Source: Sminthopsis crassicaudata (Eukaryota). From it: DNA of 64,000 bases. The notes beneath the pieces are model-generated. The model was not told where the DNA came from, did no database searches, and was given only the letters and a program-made list of their open reading frames with translations. The stretch lies in assembly GCF_048593235.1 (NCBI RefSeq), contig NC_133620.1, positions 453,993,261 to 454,057,260 of the forward strand. The letters run 5' to 3'. How positions within the stretch are numbered: the stretch's first letter is position 1; the number at the start of each line of letters is the position of its first letter. A program made the position numbers and the translations under genes. Below, piece by piece: positions 37,620 through 48,815 of the stretch.

Positions 37620-38230
37620 CTAGCTCCTCAAGCGTGAAAACTTCGCCCGGAGAGCACCGAGGTCCCGAGCAGTGGGGGGGCCCTCGCTGCCACCCATCAG
37701 CCTGGCCTGGTGCCCCCCGCCTCCCAGCTGCCTTCTCCCCTCAAAGAGCAGGATGCTGGCCGCCATGGCTGAATTCAGGCTGTCCACGCCCGGCACAACG
37801 GGGATCAGCAGTCTCTTCCCTCCGGTGCTCTCGGCCAGCTGGAGGGACTCCACGCTGACCCCGTGGGTCTCCCCCCCTATCACTATGGCCGCCGGCGCCT
37901 CTGTCCAAGCCGTGTCATAGCTCTGGACCTCAAGGTCCGGGAGCCAGCTGCGGGCCGGCACCGCCTCCTCCCGCAGCTCCTCCTCCTCCTCCTCCTCCTC
38001 GTACTTGAGGTGTTTCTGAAAGCGCCGGTCACACACCCAGCCCTGGTCACTGGCTCTGCCAGACTGCAGGGCCCGGGCGTGCAGGCCGCAGTTGTCGGCC
38101 ACGTGGACTCTGGCGTCTGAAGGTAAGTGGTCGGGGACGTGCTCCCACTGCAGGTTGCTGATGATGGGCACCTGGAAGTGAGCCCCCATGCCAGCCCGGA
38201 GCACTTTAGGTTCCCATGCGTCCACACAGC
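37620..38230 (-). CDS. MRM3: MRM3 exon 4 (terminal coding exon)
   Basis: tttgtag|GC TGT GTG GAC...; CVDAWEPKVLRAGMGAHF, IVIGGETHGV and VDSLNSAMAASILLFEG SPOUT motifs; the four exons total 1377 nt = 458 aa plus stop. Confidence 0.93.
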
Positions 38231-39109
38231 CTACAAAGGAAAAGGGAGAATTCAGCGATGTGGGTTCTGCCCCGGGAGGGGGGGCGGCCTCAGGGGCCAA
38301 TCCCAAAGGCCTGGGACCTAAGTGGGGGAGCCGAGGAGCGGATTCCTGATCAGCAGCCATTTCTGCTGGGCGCTCCTCCAGCGACCCCAGAACCCTCCTC
38401 CCAGGGCGGTCTCTGCCGTGGGCGGACCCTGACCCTTCAAAGCACAACGACCACAGGGACCTCAAAGCTAGCCCTGTGGTCCGATGAGCCGAGTGGGTCA
38501 AGAACACCCCTGTAACAAAGACCAAAGACCGCCGGGCGCCTTGGGAGGGGAGGGACACAGCTCTGGGGCAAAGCCCTGCCACTCAGGAGAGAAGGGCCTC
38601 ACAGGTGCACAAAGACAGGGCCCACAGCGGCCTGGCACCCAGGGCCCAGAGCCGGGTCAGGAAGGGCCGGGCCCGGGCCAGGAGGGGGCGTTTCAGGATG
38701 AGGAGCTGCTGAGGTCCCAGCAGGATGGGGACAGGAGCAAGCAAGAAGCAGAAAAGGGGCTTGGTTCCAGCTTCTGGCCCAGATTGCGCCTACACAGGGA
38801 ATCAGGGCAGGCATCTCAGACCCAGAGGAAGCCTGAGTCGCTCCTGCCGTAGCCAATCGACACGGGCAGGGTCCAGCAGCATTTACCGCTGCCTTGACCC
38901 AAACCCAGGTCAGGAACCAGCACAACTTGGACTGAGGGGCAACAATCAGACTCTGCCCCAGAATTTGGGGGCCTGGGTTTGCCTGAGAATGTGAAGAATG
39001 CAGCAACAGGACTGGGCCAGACATCCCTTGCAGGGGTTCTCGGAGCCCCAACATTGAGTCACAAGTCAGGAAGGAGGCTGGAAGAAGGAGCAGACTAACG
39101 GATCCCAGT

Positions 39110-40850
39110 TTTTAAGTTATTGAGATGACTACAAAGCCAAAAGGGAGTGACTCTGACACGGCGACACACAAAACCTCCAAGGGAAAACACAGCTGACAGA
39201 TTCAATTAAAACTCTTGACGTTTTAAAATGTTTTTGTCAATGAGATGAGAGCCCAAGAGGGGAAAAAATGGAAATGAAATGAGAGCTATGAAAGAAAGAT
39301 TTAGAAAAGGAATTAAGAGTTTGGTGTAACAAAATCTTGCCCAAGCAACAAACTAGCCCAAAATTAGAAGGGACCGAGTAAAAGTTAGTAACTCCATGAG
39401 ACAAAAAAAATGTCAGTCAAAAGCCTGAAAAAATAGAAGAAAACGTAAGGTATCTCATAACAAAAACAACTGGCCTGGAAAGCCAATCAGGGAAAAACAA
39501 TTAAAAATCCTCAGACTACCTGAATATCATGGCCATTAAAAAAAAAACAAAAAAAAAAAACTGCCCAGATGTTTTAGTATCAGAAGCCAAAACAGAAATA
39601 GAATCTAACTCCTAAAAGAAAACCCAAAATAAAAATTCTTAGAGCCAAAATTCAGTTTCCAGGTCAAAGAAAAAATACTGCAAATAGCCAGAAAAAAAAG
39701 AATTCAAATACTAACAGTCAGGATCATACATGATTTAGCATCTACCACCCATAAAGAAGCAAAGAGCTTGGAATATGACATTTCTGAAGGCAAGAGATGG
39801 GAACTTTCAGCAAACAGACTGTAAAACTATAAGGGAAAAAAAATGAGCTTTTCATAATCGACAACTTCAAAGCATTCCTTATGAAAAGACCAAAACTGCA
39901 CAGAAACTTGGAGTTCAAACATAGGAATTAAGAGAAATATAAAAAGGTATGCACAAAAGAACTAAACAAGGATAAACTCCTTGCATTCAAATATGGGGAG
40001 ATATAACTTGTGTCTCCTCTGACCTCTAAAAGGAGTCTAATTAGGCAGAAGGTCTGAAAATTGCTTTATTTTGTTTTGATGATCTTGGAAGAATAGAAAG
40101 AGAAGGAAGAGGAATATACTGAAAGAGGATGAAGGAAGGAAGGGAAAGAAAGGTTAGGAAAAATGATCTTAAATAATTAGGGAATGCAAATTTAAGTCTA
40201 AACAAAGAACTTTAAAGGAGAGAGATCAACTAACACTTGAATCTTATTCTCATTAGAAATGATCAAAGGAGAAAACAAAATACAAAAAAGTGGATACCAA
40301 AATATATTTCACTGGAAAAAGGGAAGAGGAGAAATGACAAGGGGGAACTAGAAGGAGGGATTACTCCCAAGCAAAGTGAACTCTAAAGATGTACAAAAAT
40401 AGTGACATACAATGGGAATCTTGTTCAGGAAATACCTGAATAAATTATGGTATACGGATGTAACAGAATACGACTGTATTATACAAAGTGGGGAACAGGA
40501 GGGTTTCAGAGATACTTTGAAGTACGTATGATGTAGAGGAAAGTAAGCAGAACCAGGAGAACAATCTACACAATGATCACAATATTGTAAGATAAACACT
40601 CTGAAAGACTTAGAACTCTGCCCGGTGTGGTGACCAACCACGCAATTCCAAAGGACTCAAAATGGAACCACCTCCTGAAAGAGGCAAAGGACTCGGAATG
40701 TAGAATACATTTCTTGAGGACATGGCCAAAGTGGAATTTGTTTTGATTGACTCTACATATGTTTATGATGAAGGAATGAGAAGGAATGAAAGTGGATTTT
40801 TACTGATTGAAAAAAATTACATATTTAAAAACAAAGACTAAAAGGAGTTG
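39110..40850 (+). mobile_element. L1-derived element with ORF1 remnant, spacer, ORF2 tail and 3'UTR (HAL1-like or internally deleted), in MRM3 intron 3
   Basis: IEENVRYLITKTTGLE..LKILRLPEYH (39433-39530) and QVKEKILQIARKK (about 39660-39700) are ORF1 motifs; gaataaattatggtatac at about 40438 marks the ORF2 tail. Confidence 0.75.
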
Positions 40851-41099
40851 ATTACAAGGGGGCCCATTCCTTTGTGGGGCTGACCCCACCTATTTCTGCC
40901 TCCAGGACAGGCCCTTTTCTTTGCCCTCTCCTCTCACTCCTATTCACTACCTAAAAAAAAAAAAAAAAAAAAAAAAAGTCCATTCTCCCATCCTGCCTTG
41001 ACAACTGGGAAGCAATAAAGCAGCAGGCACCTTATCCTAAGTGTATGAACTTCTACCTACTCTTCCTTAGTGGCCCACTGTGGGTGCAAGCCCAGCAAC

Positions 41100-41720
41100 A
41101 TTCTTTTTTATTCAATTGATTTTACTTTCAGACATTCCTTCTCTCCCCCCCCCTTTTTTTTAAAGAAAACAATAACAAAACCTGCTTTTAATCATAAAAT
41201 GAATTTCTGCATTGATCTTACTTTTCAAAAAGCCTCAAGCTGCCCTCTGAGCCCTTTGCCTCTGTTAGGGGGTGGGCAGCAGCATGCTTCAGAATTGTGA
41301 CTGGTCACTGTGCTGACCAGAGTTCTAAATCTTTCAAAGTTGTTTGTATCTGTGGTGTGGTTAATAGTCTAAATTGTTCCCATGGCTCCATTCGCTTCAT
41401 TTTCCCCTTCTCTGCCATCACAAGAAGCTGTTATAAATATTTTTGTTAGTATGGGCCCTTTCCCTTTTTCTTTGTTCTACCTGGGATGAGTAGCTGAAAT
41501 AGTAGCAATAGTGCTGGGTCAGCTGGAATGTGCAGCTTAATAGTTTTTTGGGCCTAGTTCCAAATCCAGAAAAGCAATCCCAGTTCACAATTCCACCAAC
41601 AGCACGTTAACATACCTGTGTTCCTACAATGCCTCCAGCACTGATCACTTTTCTGGTTTGCTGGGCCAGTCTGATGATTCTGAGGCAGTACCTCAGAGGT
41701 GGTTTATTTCCACATTCATT
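41100..41720 (-). mobile_element. Old L1 3' fragment
   Basis: ccatcacaagaagctgttataaatatttttg...gctgggtca...cacaattccaccaacagc are L1 ORF2-tail motifs in reverse orientation. Confidence 0.7.
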
Positions 41721-42698
41721 TCTGGAAAGCTTTCCATCTTAATGTCAGATGTCGAGTAGGCAAGCCAGAAAAATGGGACGGAGGGAGGAGCTGAAGCGGG
41801 TTTCCTGTCTGCCCAAGACGTGGAAGAGCAGCCAAGAGGAGATGCTCTCCAGCAGGGCCCCGTGGGGCTCCGAGTCCCATCAGAACTTCATGAGCCTCTG
41901 GAGCATCTGAAGCCTCCCAGTCCTGGGGGTCGGGGCGGGGGAAGGGACGGTAGTTAGGAGGAGCAGAAGGGAAAGAGCTGGAGAAGGGCTTAAATTCCTA
42001 ACATGATACCTGGGATTCTTGAAGATTTTGAGCTTTTCTCCTTCCAAAGAAGAAAAATTTCTCTTCCTCAAAATGACAAATAACAAAACAGGAAAAAACA
42101 AGGGGAATCTCCGAGGTGGCAGCAGGACCACAATTATAGGCTTGCTTGAAGGCCATAATTTAGCCACGTCTCAGCGACTGGCCCCAAGATCAATTTACAC
42201 CCAGTCTGAAGATAGTGTGGCTGCTTAACTACACAAGTTTCTCCCAAATGTCAACGTGTATCTCAATCCACTCATCCCCCCACCGTGGTCCAGTTTGAAA
42301 AAGGCACTGGCTCAGGAGTCGGGACACGCGTTCAAGTCCGACTTCTGACACACGGAAGGTTACTCGGCCTCTCGGAAGCCTGTTTCCTCAACTATTAAAT
42401 GAAGGAGCTTGGACTAGGTGCCACTGAGGGTCCCATGACTTGGAAGTGGTTCTGTTTAAAATCCAAGGATCTTCACCTTCCCTAGAAGAACCTGTAAAGG
42501 CTGGTTCTCATCTGGAAAATTACATATAAACCCCAGAGTTCTAGAATTCAGAGCCATAAAACAGATACAAAGTCACCCTTTACCACTGGCATTTGATCCC
42601 TTTACTGGCCACTGCTTCTAAGTGCTACTCTCCAAAGTCAGTGGCAGGCCAGCTGCTCAGCAGCCCCGTTGGAGGCTCCAGGTGAACAGGCCCCTTAC

Positions 42699-42866
42699 CT
42701 TTGGTGAGCAGCACCTTGCAGCAGCCCGCCCCGGCAGCAGATCTCAGGATGGTGCCCAAGTTTCCAGGATCTCGAAGATTGTCACAAATCAGCATCAAGG
42801 GCAGCGAATGTTGAAGCTGGGCCTCTGGATACTTCATCTTAGCATGGTCAGGTTTGGCAAAAATTC
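42699..42866 (-). CDS. MRM3: MRM3 exon 3
   Basis: ttag|GA ATT TTT...ACC AAA G|gtaag; 168 bp containing SPOUT motif 1 (ICDNLRDPGNLGTILRSA). Confidence 0.96.
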
Positions 42867-43529
42867 CTAAAGGGACAAAGCAGGAGTTCACACTGAACAC
42901 CGGGACGCTCCCTGATCAGCTCCTGGCCCAACCAACCACGAGCCGCCCGAGGCGTCCCCTACCGGCCGGCGCGGACGGCAGAACGCCAGGCAGCTCCCCC
43001 AGCTTTGCCCTTTATGCAGGCCCAATGGTGAGCATTCTCCCGCCACACAGAGCTACGTTTTCTCATACCCACGTGACGCTCCCTCTTCAAACCCCCACTT
43101 ATTGAAGACCTCAAGGGTCCTGCCTCCTAGAGGTGCCTCAGATACCGCCTGCAGATCCGAGTCACCTCGGGGGGCGCGCTCCGGCCTGCGTTCTCGGAGA
43201 TTCTGACCCCCAGCCCCGCTCAGTGTTCTCAGGGAGATAACAAGCTGAGGGGCCTCGCGCTCTGCGGGCAGGGATCGGAAAGAGCCTGTTTGGTAAAGTT
43301 CTTCCACTGCCGCGCCGGTCTCGGAGCCAGGTCCTGACCACTTCACGGGGCCTTTAGTGAATAACTGATGATTATGAGACGAAAGGCAGCCTGAGGTGAC
43401 TGGGAAGCCAGAACCAATTAGACTGAGTTCGGATCCCGCCTGCCACCTGTTCCGGGGCACCCTCCTCCGGAGGCCCCCACAAGTGAGGCTGAGGCGACGG
43501 CGGGCTGACGGCCACGCAGAGCCACTGAC

Positions 43530-43774
43530 CCATTATTCCTTGCGGCGCCACGAGGTCGGACCATTCCTTGATTTCCTCGAACTTCACCTTGACGAGGCTG
43601 GCCCCTCTGAGCGTCTCCACGGGCAGCTCCTTCACGTACTCCAGCCGGCTGAAGAAGACGGTCTGGGGCGCGGCGCCGGCTCTCAGGGCGTCAGCAATCA
43701 GCCGCCGGCCCTCCAGCAAGATCTTCCCCTTCTTCTCTCGGAAGGTCCGAGACTTGACGATCGTCATCACCTTG
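43530..43774 (-). CDS. MRM3: MRM3 exon 2
   Basis: ccgtag|C AAG GTG ATG...ATA ATG G|gtcagt; 245 bp, KVMTIVKSRTFREKKGKILLEGRRLIADAL...WSDLVAPQGIM. Confidence 0.96.
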
Positions 43775-43949
43775 CTACGGGGAGAAGAAAAACACGGGCC
43801 GAGACCCGCCCGTGAGGCCGGACGCGAGGGTGCCCTGTGGCGCCAGAGGGAGGGGACCGGCCCCACACCCCAGCTCTGCCCACGACACGGGCAGTGAGAT
43901 GAGGGGCGTCAGGCGGCTGCCAGAACCCCGAGAGCCCCTCGCTCTCTCC

Positions 43950-44040
43950 CCCTGAGGCTGGGGGACTTGCCCAGGGTCACACAGCCAGGACATGTTAAGT
44001 GTCTGAGCTAGATTTGAACTCGGGTCCTCCTGACTTCATG
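43950..44040 (-). mobile_element. Marsupial CORE-SINE fragment (same family as 5868-5994)
   Basis: gacttgcccagggtcacacagccagga..ttaagtgtctgagctagatttgaactcgggtcctcctgacttca. Confidence 0.8.
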
Positions 44041-44680
44041 TTTGTTAATGAGGGAATCCCTAAGAACCGGATGTAACGCTGCTCACAGCAGACAGAGGTT
44101 AGGAGCCCCAGGTCGGGAATCAGGAAGATCGGAGTTCAAGTCCTGCCCCAGACACTCCTAGCTGGGGATCCTGGGCATGTGACGTCACCCAGCCCCTCTG
44201 TCCCCATCTGTAAAATGCGCGGGAGAAGGAATGGCCAACCGCACCAAGTTCTCTGCCATGAAAACCGGCCGGGCCAATGAAGGCCCAACAAGGGCACTCC
44301 CTGCTTCTGTCCCAGCAGAACTGGCGGCGGGACCTGCCTTGAAGGGGGTGGGGTGGGGGAACATCACGAAAGAGCCAGGGCCCCAAAAGCCGGGAGGGGC
44401 AGGAGGGCTCCGGGGAGCGGGACGGGCAGCGGCGGCCAAGGGCCGCTCCCGGGTGAGGGGGCGGCGGGGAAGGGACGGCGTGGCTAGGAGGGCAGATGGG
44501 GGGGGGGGGGGAAGGGGGGGAGGGACACGACACAGCAGGAACGGGAGCACCACAGACGGAGGGGAGCACCCAGCGGTGGAACCACGGAAGAAAGGGAGGA
44601 GTCCCCAAGGGGATGCGGAGAGAGCAGGTGGCGGGCTGCAGGGGAGGGGGAGGAAGAGGAGAAGACGGCAGGGGGCTCAC

Positions 44681-45033
44681 CTCAGCCTCCGGTCCCCCGG
44701 AAGGGCCCGCTCGTAGCGCAGCCCCAACTCCTCCCACGCTCCGGAGCTTGCCCGCGGCTCCGGCTTCAGCTCCCGGCCCGAGCCTGGGCCCTCTCTCCTC
44801 CGCGGCTCCGGCTCCGGCTTCAGCTCCCGGCCCGAGCCTGGGCCCTCCCTCCTCCGCGGCTCCGGCTCCGGCTTCGCCACCGTCCCCGCCGGTCCCTGGT
44901 TGGGGCTCAGCACCCTCACCGGCCTCCGCCTCAAGGCCCGTACCCCGCGCCGCGTACCCCCGCCCCAGACCGGTCTCGTAGCAAGCAGCAGCGCTCGAAG
45001 TCCCGAGCCACGGGACAGCCCGAGAGCCGCCAT
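44681..45033 (-). CDS. MRM3: rRNA methyltransferase 3, mitochondrial (RNMTL1), exon 1
   Basis: ATG at 45033, then MAALGLSRGSGLRALLLATRPVWGGGTRRGVRALRRRPVRVL...WEELGLRYERALPGDRRL, ending AG|gtgag; Arg-rich presequence-like N-terminus; 353 bp. Confidence 0.93.
44752..44875 (-). repeat. 54-bp in-frame coding tandem repeat (about 2.3 copies) in MRM3 exon 1
   Basis: KPEPEPRRREGPGSGREL twice, then KPEPR; the two copies differ at one base. Confidence 0.93.
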
Positions 45034-45154
45034 CTTTGCGCTGACGTCACTGGCGCGCCCACGTGGGTGACGTCCCCGTCATCAGCGCGCGCCGGAATAA
45101 GGCACGACCATTGCTCAGGAAGGAGGCACGACCACCGCTCCAGAAGTCCCTGGG
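45034..45154. promoter_or_regulatory. Bidirectional CpG-island promoter and 5'UTRs shared by MRM3 and GLOD4
   Basis: 121 bp between divergent ATGs; TGACGTCA (45042-45049), CACGTG (45060-45065), TGACGTCC (45068-45075), CCGGAA (45092-45097); YY1 consensus AAGATGGCGGC on the minus strand at 45026-45036. Confidence 0.85.
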
Positions 45155-45265
45155 ATGGCGGAGGCGGCGGTGGCGACGGCCTCGCGCCGCGCGCTACATT
45201 TCGTATTCAAAGTGGGCAACCGCTTCCAGACGACACGCTTCTACCGGGACCTGCTGGGAATGAAG
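45155..45265 (+). CDS. GLOD4: Glyoxalase domain-containing protein 4, exon 1
   Basis: gggATGGCG...ATGAAG|gtgacg; [37 protein letters not shown]. Confidence 0.93.
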
Positions 45266-47734
45266 GTGACGGCGGGGGGAGGCCTTCGGGGCAAGTAGTC
45301 CGCGGGCAGACCCGCCCTCGGGTCCCTGGTGCACTGGGGGGGACCCCTCCCCACCAGCCTCAACCCCTTCATTTTGCAGATAGGGAAACTGAGGCTCGGG
45401 GAAAATTAGGTGACCTCTAACCCAACCTCTGCTAGGGACCGCTTAGGCCAAGCAGCCACAGCCCGTGATCTTACGGAAAAGGAAACTGAGAACGGGTTAG
45501 AGAAGCGGATTAAGCCGGGTCTGGGGCCGGGCACCGCCGGGAGTCGGGGAGGGGCGCCCAGGCCCCCGGAGCCGAGGGCCCAGACCTAGAGCTGAAAGAT
45601 CCAGAGCACAAGTCCTCCCCTACCCCTTTTACCCCGCGGCTTCCGTGGCTTGCCGGCCCACACCCCGCGGGCATAAGTCCCAGGTTTGGTTTGACTGCGT
45701 GACCTTAGCCAAGTCAGGAGACCCCGAAAAAAGGACAAGCGGGGTGAGGGTCGCGCTCTGCGGATCGCACGGGGCTCCAGGGGGCGCTGCTGCCCTGTCA
45801 CCGCCCCGGCCGCCCGTGATTACAGAGAATAACCGCGGTGGCGAGGGTCCTGGAAGGTGGGGGGGGGTTGGAGGGCTTGCCGTGGGGGCGCTTCAGGACC
45901 CGATAAAGGGCGGAGACAGGGGAGCCCTGGGGGCCGCGCCCGGAAAGGGGGGTCCGGCCAGGGCGGGTCTCACAGGCAGGGGGTGTGATGGGTGTTCAGA
46001 GGAAGGGGGGGCAGGCCGGCAGCTGTGGGCAAACTGGCCCGGGAGGCAGCGCCCCACGGAAGGAAGGGTTACAGGCGCCTCCGAGAGCCCCAGGCTGCTT
46101 TACCAGGGTGGGGGGAGCCTGTGCCCTCTGACCCTGGGCATCTGGGGGAGGGGCGTTAGGCTGAAGAGCCTCCGTCTAGGACAGATTCATTCAGGAAAGA
46201 CTCCTGCAGGCCGAGAGTCCAGCTTGGAAGTCAGCTACCGGGAGGGGAAACTGCATCAGCCCCAGGCCGAAGAGGAGGCCCGGGAACATCCCGAGGGGTC
46301 GTCCAGAAAGGGAGATGGGGGGGCAGGCGGGAAAGATGGGGACTGAGAAAGCTCTGGAACTTAGTGTCACCTCAGGGAGGACCACTCAGAGCGGGTCGGA
46401 CCGCTGTGGGGCGGGCGGGCATGAGCACCCACAAGCGGCGTGGTCAGTCCTCGCAGCTTCCTGGGAGTGGAGAGGAGCTGCTGGGCCCCCATTGTGGGGT
46501 CAGGAGTAGGGGGGCCCTGCCCCCGGGCTACAGCGAGAGCCCGGAGAAGGGGGGGCGGGCCTGGGTGAGAACCAGCTCCCACCCCTCAGCCGGGGGCAGA
46601 GGAGGGACGCCCGGCCTTGGCGTGTGGCCTAGAGGTGGACAGACTCTGCAGTCTGGGGTGAGGGTGGGGCTTGTGCACGGGTTACCTTATGCTAGGCGTA
46701 GACAAGGGGCTAGGGAGGGTCACTCACCGGACACTGGGTCTCCCCCTGCCCCCGCCCGGATCTGAGAGGCCGAGGAGCGTGATCAAAGGCGGGTGGTGAA
46801 AGTCAGGCAGGACCAGAGAGAGCACCCCCCTCCTCCTGAAGCTTCCCTCCCACCATCCCCTGCTTTCCACTTCCAAGGTCACTGTGGTACCCAAAAGGCC
46901 CAAGTCCTCTTCCCCGGGACTCAGCCCCCTCACGGGCCCTGCCCCGCCCCCAACGGGTCCTTCTCTGAGCCCAGTGAGCTCCTTAGCCCAGGGTGAGGAG
47001 CACTGGGGAGCCGGTAGCCCCTCCTCCTCCCGGAGGCCTCTCCACGCTGCGGGCCCCAGAGGGCCGTGGGATCTTGGCACTTGCCTGGTGCTGCCCGCCC
47101 CTGAGCAGGACCTCCCTCGGGCCTCAGGAGTGCAGCGTCGCCTTCTGCCACACGAGGCCGGCAGAGGACAGGGAGCCTCATCTCTTGTTCCCAGGCACCC
47201 TGCAGTCTCCAGGTCCAGGCTGGCCCTGCCCCCAAGGTGTCCCCTAAGGCAGCAGAGGGAGTGCCCTCCCCCCTGAGCTCTCCACGCTCCCTGTCCTCAC
47301 ACTAACTGGCATTAGGCCAGTGCCCTTCCCACCTACCCCCTGATGGCACCTGGCACAAGGCCTTCTACATCCCAGGTTCTCGGAACACAAGGGGATGGCA
47401 CAGAAGGTTGGCATGGAGGACTTTTGGGGGGCAAGAACATTGCAAGCAGTTAGTGTGGCAAGATTGAGAGCCGGGGAAAGGCTGGCCCCATGTCTCCTGC
47501 AGGGGGGGGGGTGTGCACACCAGTGAGCACTTATCCAGAGAACCCACCCACTTTTCCCCTCCCCACTCTGGCCCCCCTTGAATCTGCATCATCTCCGGTG
47601 CCCTTGGGCCACCATCCAAGCAAGAAGAGTTCAGTTTGGCAGAGGGGACCCTGCTTTGGGACTGAGACAGAAGGAAGGTTCTGGTGACGGTGGTCGGGGT
47701 GGACCTTTGGCAGCTGACACTGACTTCCTTACAG

Positions 47735-47784
47735 ATCCTGCGGCACGAGGAATTCGAGGAAGGCTGCAAGGCTTCCTGTAATGG
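47735..47784 (+). CDS. GLOD4: GLOD4 exon 2
   Basis: ttacag|ATCCTG...AATGG|gtaggt; 50 bp, ILRHEEFEEGCKASCNG. Confidence 0.96.
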
Positions 47785-48034
47785 GTAGGTGACTTTTCTG
47801 GATGTTTGTATTTCCCTGTATGCCCTTCCCCCTTCTGGAGATCCCTTCCCGGTTACAGAAGCAAGAAGGAAATAGTTTGGCAAAAAGAAGCAGCTCACCA
47901 ACCAAGTCTGACATTGTATGCAGCATTCACTCCACACCCATAGTCCTCCACCTCAGGGGTCCTGTTGTTTCTTAATGATGTCACTTCCTGTTCAGAAGTT
48001 TTTAGTGGTTTTGATGAGGTCTCGATAAGGGATA

Positions 48035-48620
48035 CCTAAATAAAATGAGGGTTAATTGAGGTCTAGTGGCAGGTTTGGGGCACAGGGAGTCAAATAGAGC
48101 TCCCCTGCAACCCCTGTGGATTTGGCACAAGGATACAGAGTTAAATGCGTTCTAGTGGCGGCGCAAGAGTCCCCTGTAAAGGAGTTTACAGGCCCAAAGA
48201 CCTAGATTAGTAAAAGAGGTTTATTGTGGGGTTTGGAAGTAAAGTTAAAGTCTGGTTAGTAAAAGGTATTAGAGAAAGGAATACACCATAAGTGGTGGAC
48301 AGAGAGTCTGATGCAAAGCATGGTGCTTGCGTGTTTCAACCTCTGCCGAGAGATGATTCCAGCGTGGCTCTGTTATTTGGTAAAAGGGGCATGGGTGGAA
48401 TCCCAAATTGGTTACTTGTTGAACCTGGCAAGGGCCGGAACCCGCCAGGTGGGGGTTGGGAAACCTGAGCAGATCATTAGAATGGGGCAGCCCAAGTTAG
48501 CTCAGATCCGCATATCTCCCTTTGGAATACAAAAGGGTGGTTTTGACCAGGTCTTGTAAATCAAAGGTCAGTCATGGGGGTTGAGAATTGGAAGGGAATC
48601 TTAAAGGGGCCACAGCCCAC
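48035..48620 (-). mobile_element. ERV solo LTR (left boundary approximate) in GLOD4 intron 2
   Basis: About 580 bp; begins TG on the minus strand at 48620; AATAAA on the minus strand at 48220-48225; internal direct repeat (gttaa..g.gg/ttctagtggc at 48051 and 48140); resembles recalled marsupial LTRs. Confidence 0.65.
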
Positions 48621-48635
48621 ATCCGTTTCTTATGA

Positions 48636-48815
48636 CAAGGATTCTTCACCTTTTTTGGGTTTTAGACCCCTCTGTTAGCAGCCTGATGAAGCCTAGAGAC
48701 CCTTTTCCTCATCCTGGCTTTAAATGCATGAAATAAAATATATGGGGTTACAGAAGAAATCCATTTTATTGAAACAGTTATGAAGATTTTTAGAGACAGG
48801 AGTTAGGAATCCCTG
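48636..48815. mobile_element. hAT/Charlie-like MITE
   Basis: Imperfect terminal inverted repeats caaggattcttcac and gttaggaatccctg; internal atgaagccta..gacccctt..taaatgcatgaaataaaata motif; no TSD recognisable. Confidence 0.65.

Noticed and set aside
37620-38582. 320-aa ORF read as a standalone gene
   Set aside because: The first about 117 aa are intron read-through; homology begins at the tttgtag acceptor (38230).
44801-44875. EPEPRRR in the MRM3 repeat matches a heptapeptide I recall from human NXN exon 1
   Set aside because: It is a short low-complexity match, the flanks do not extend, and NXN exon 1 is far outside the window. It is treated as coincidence.
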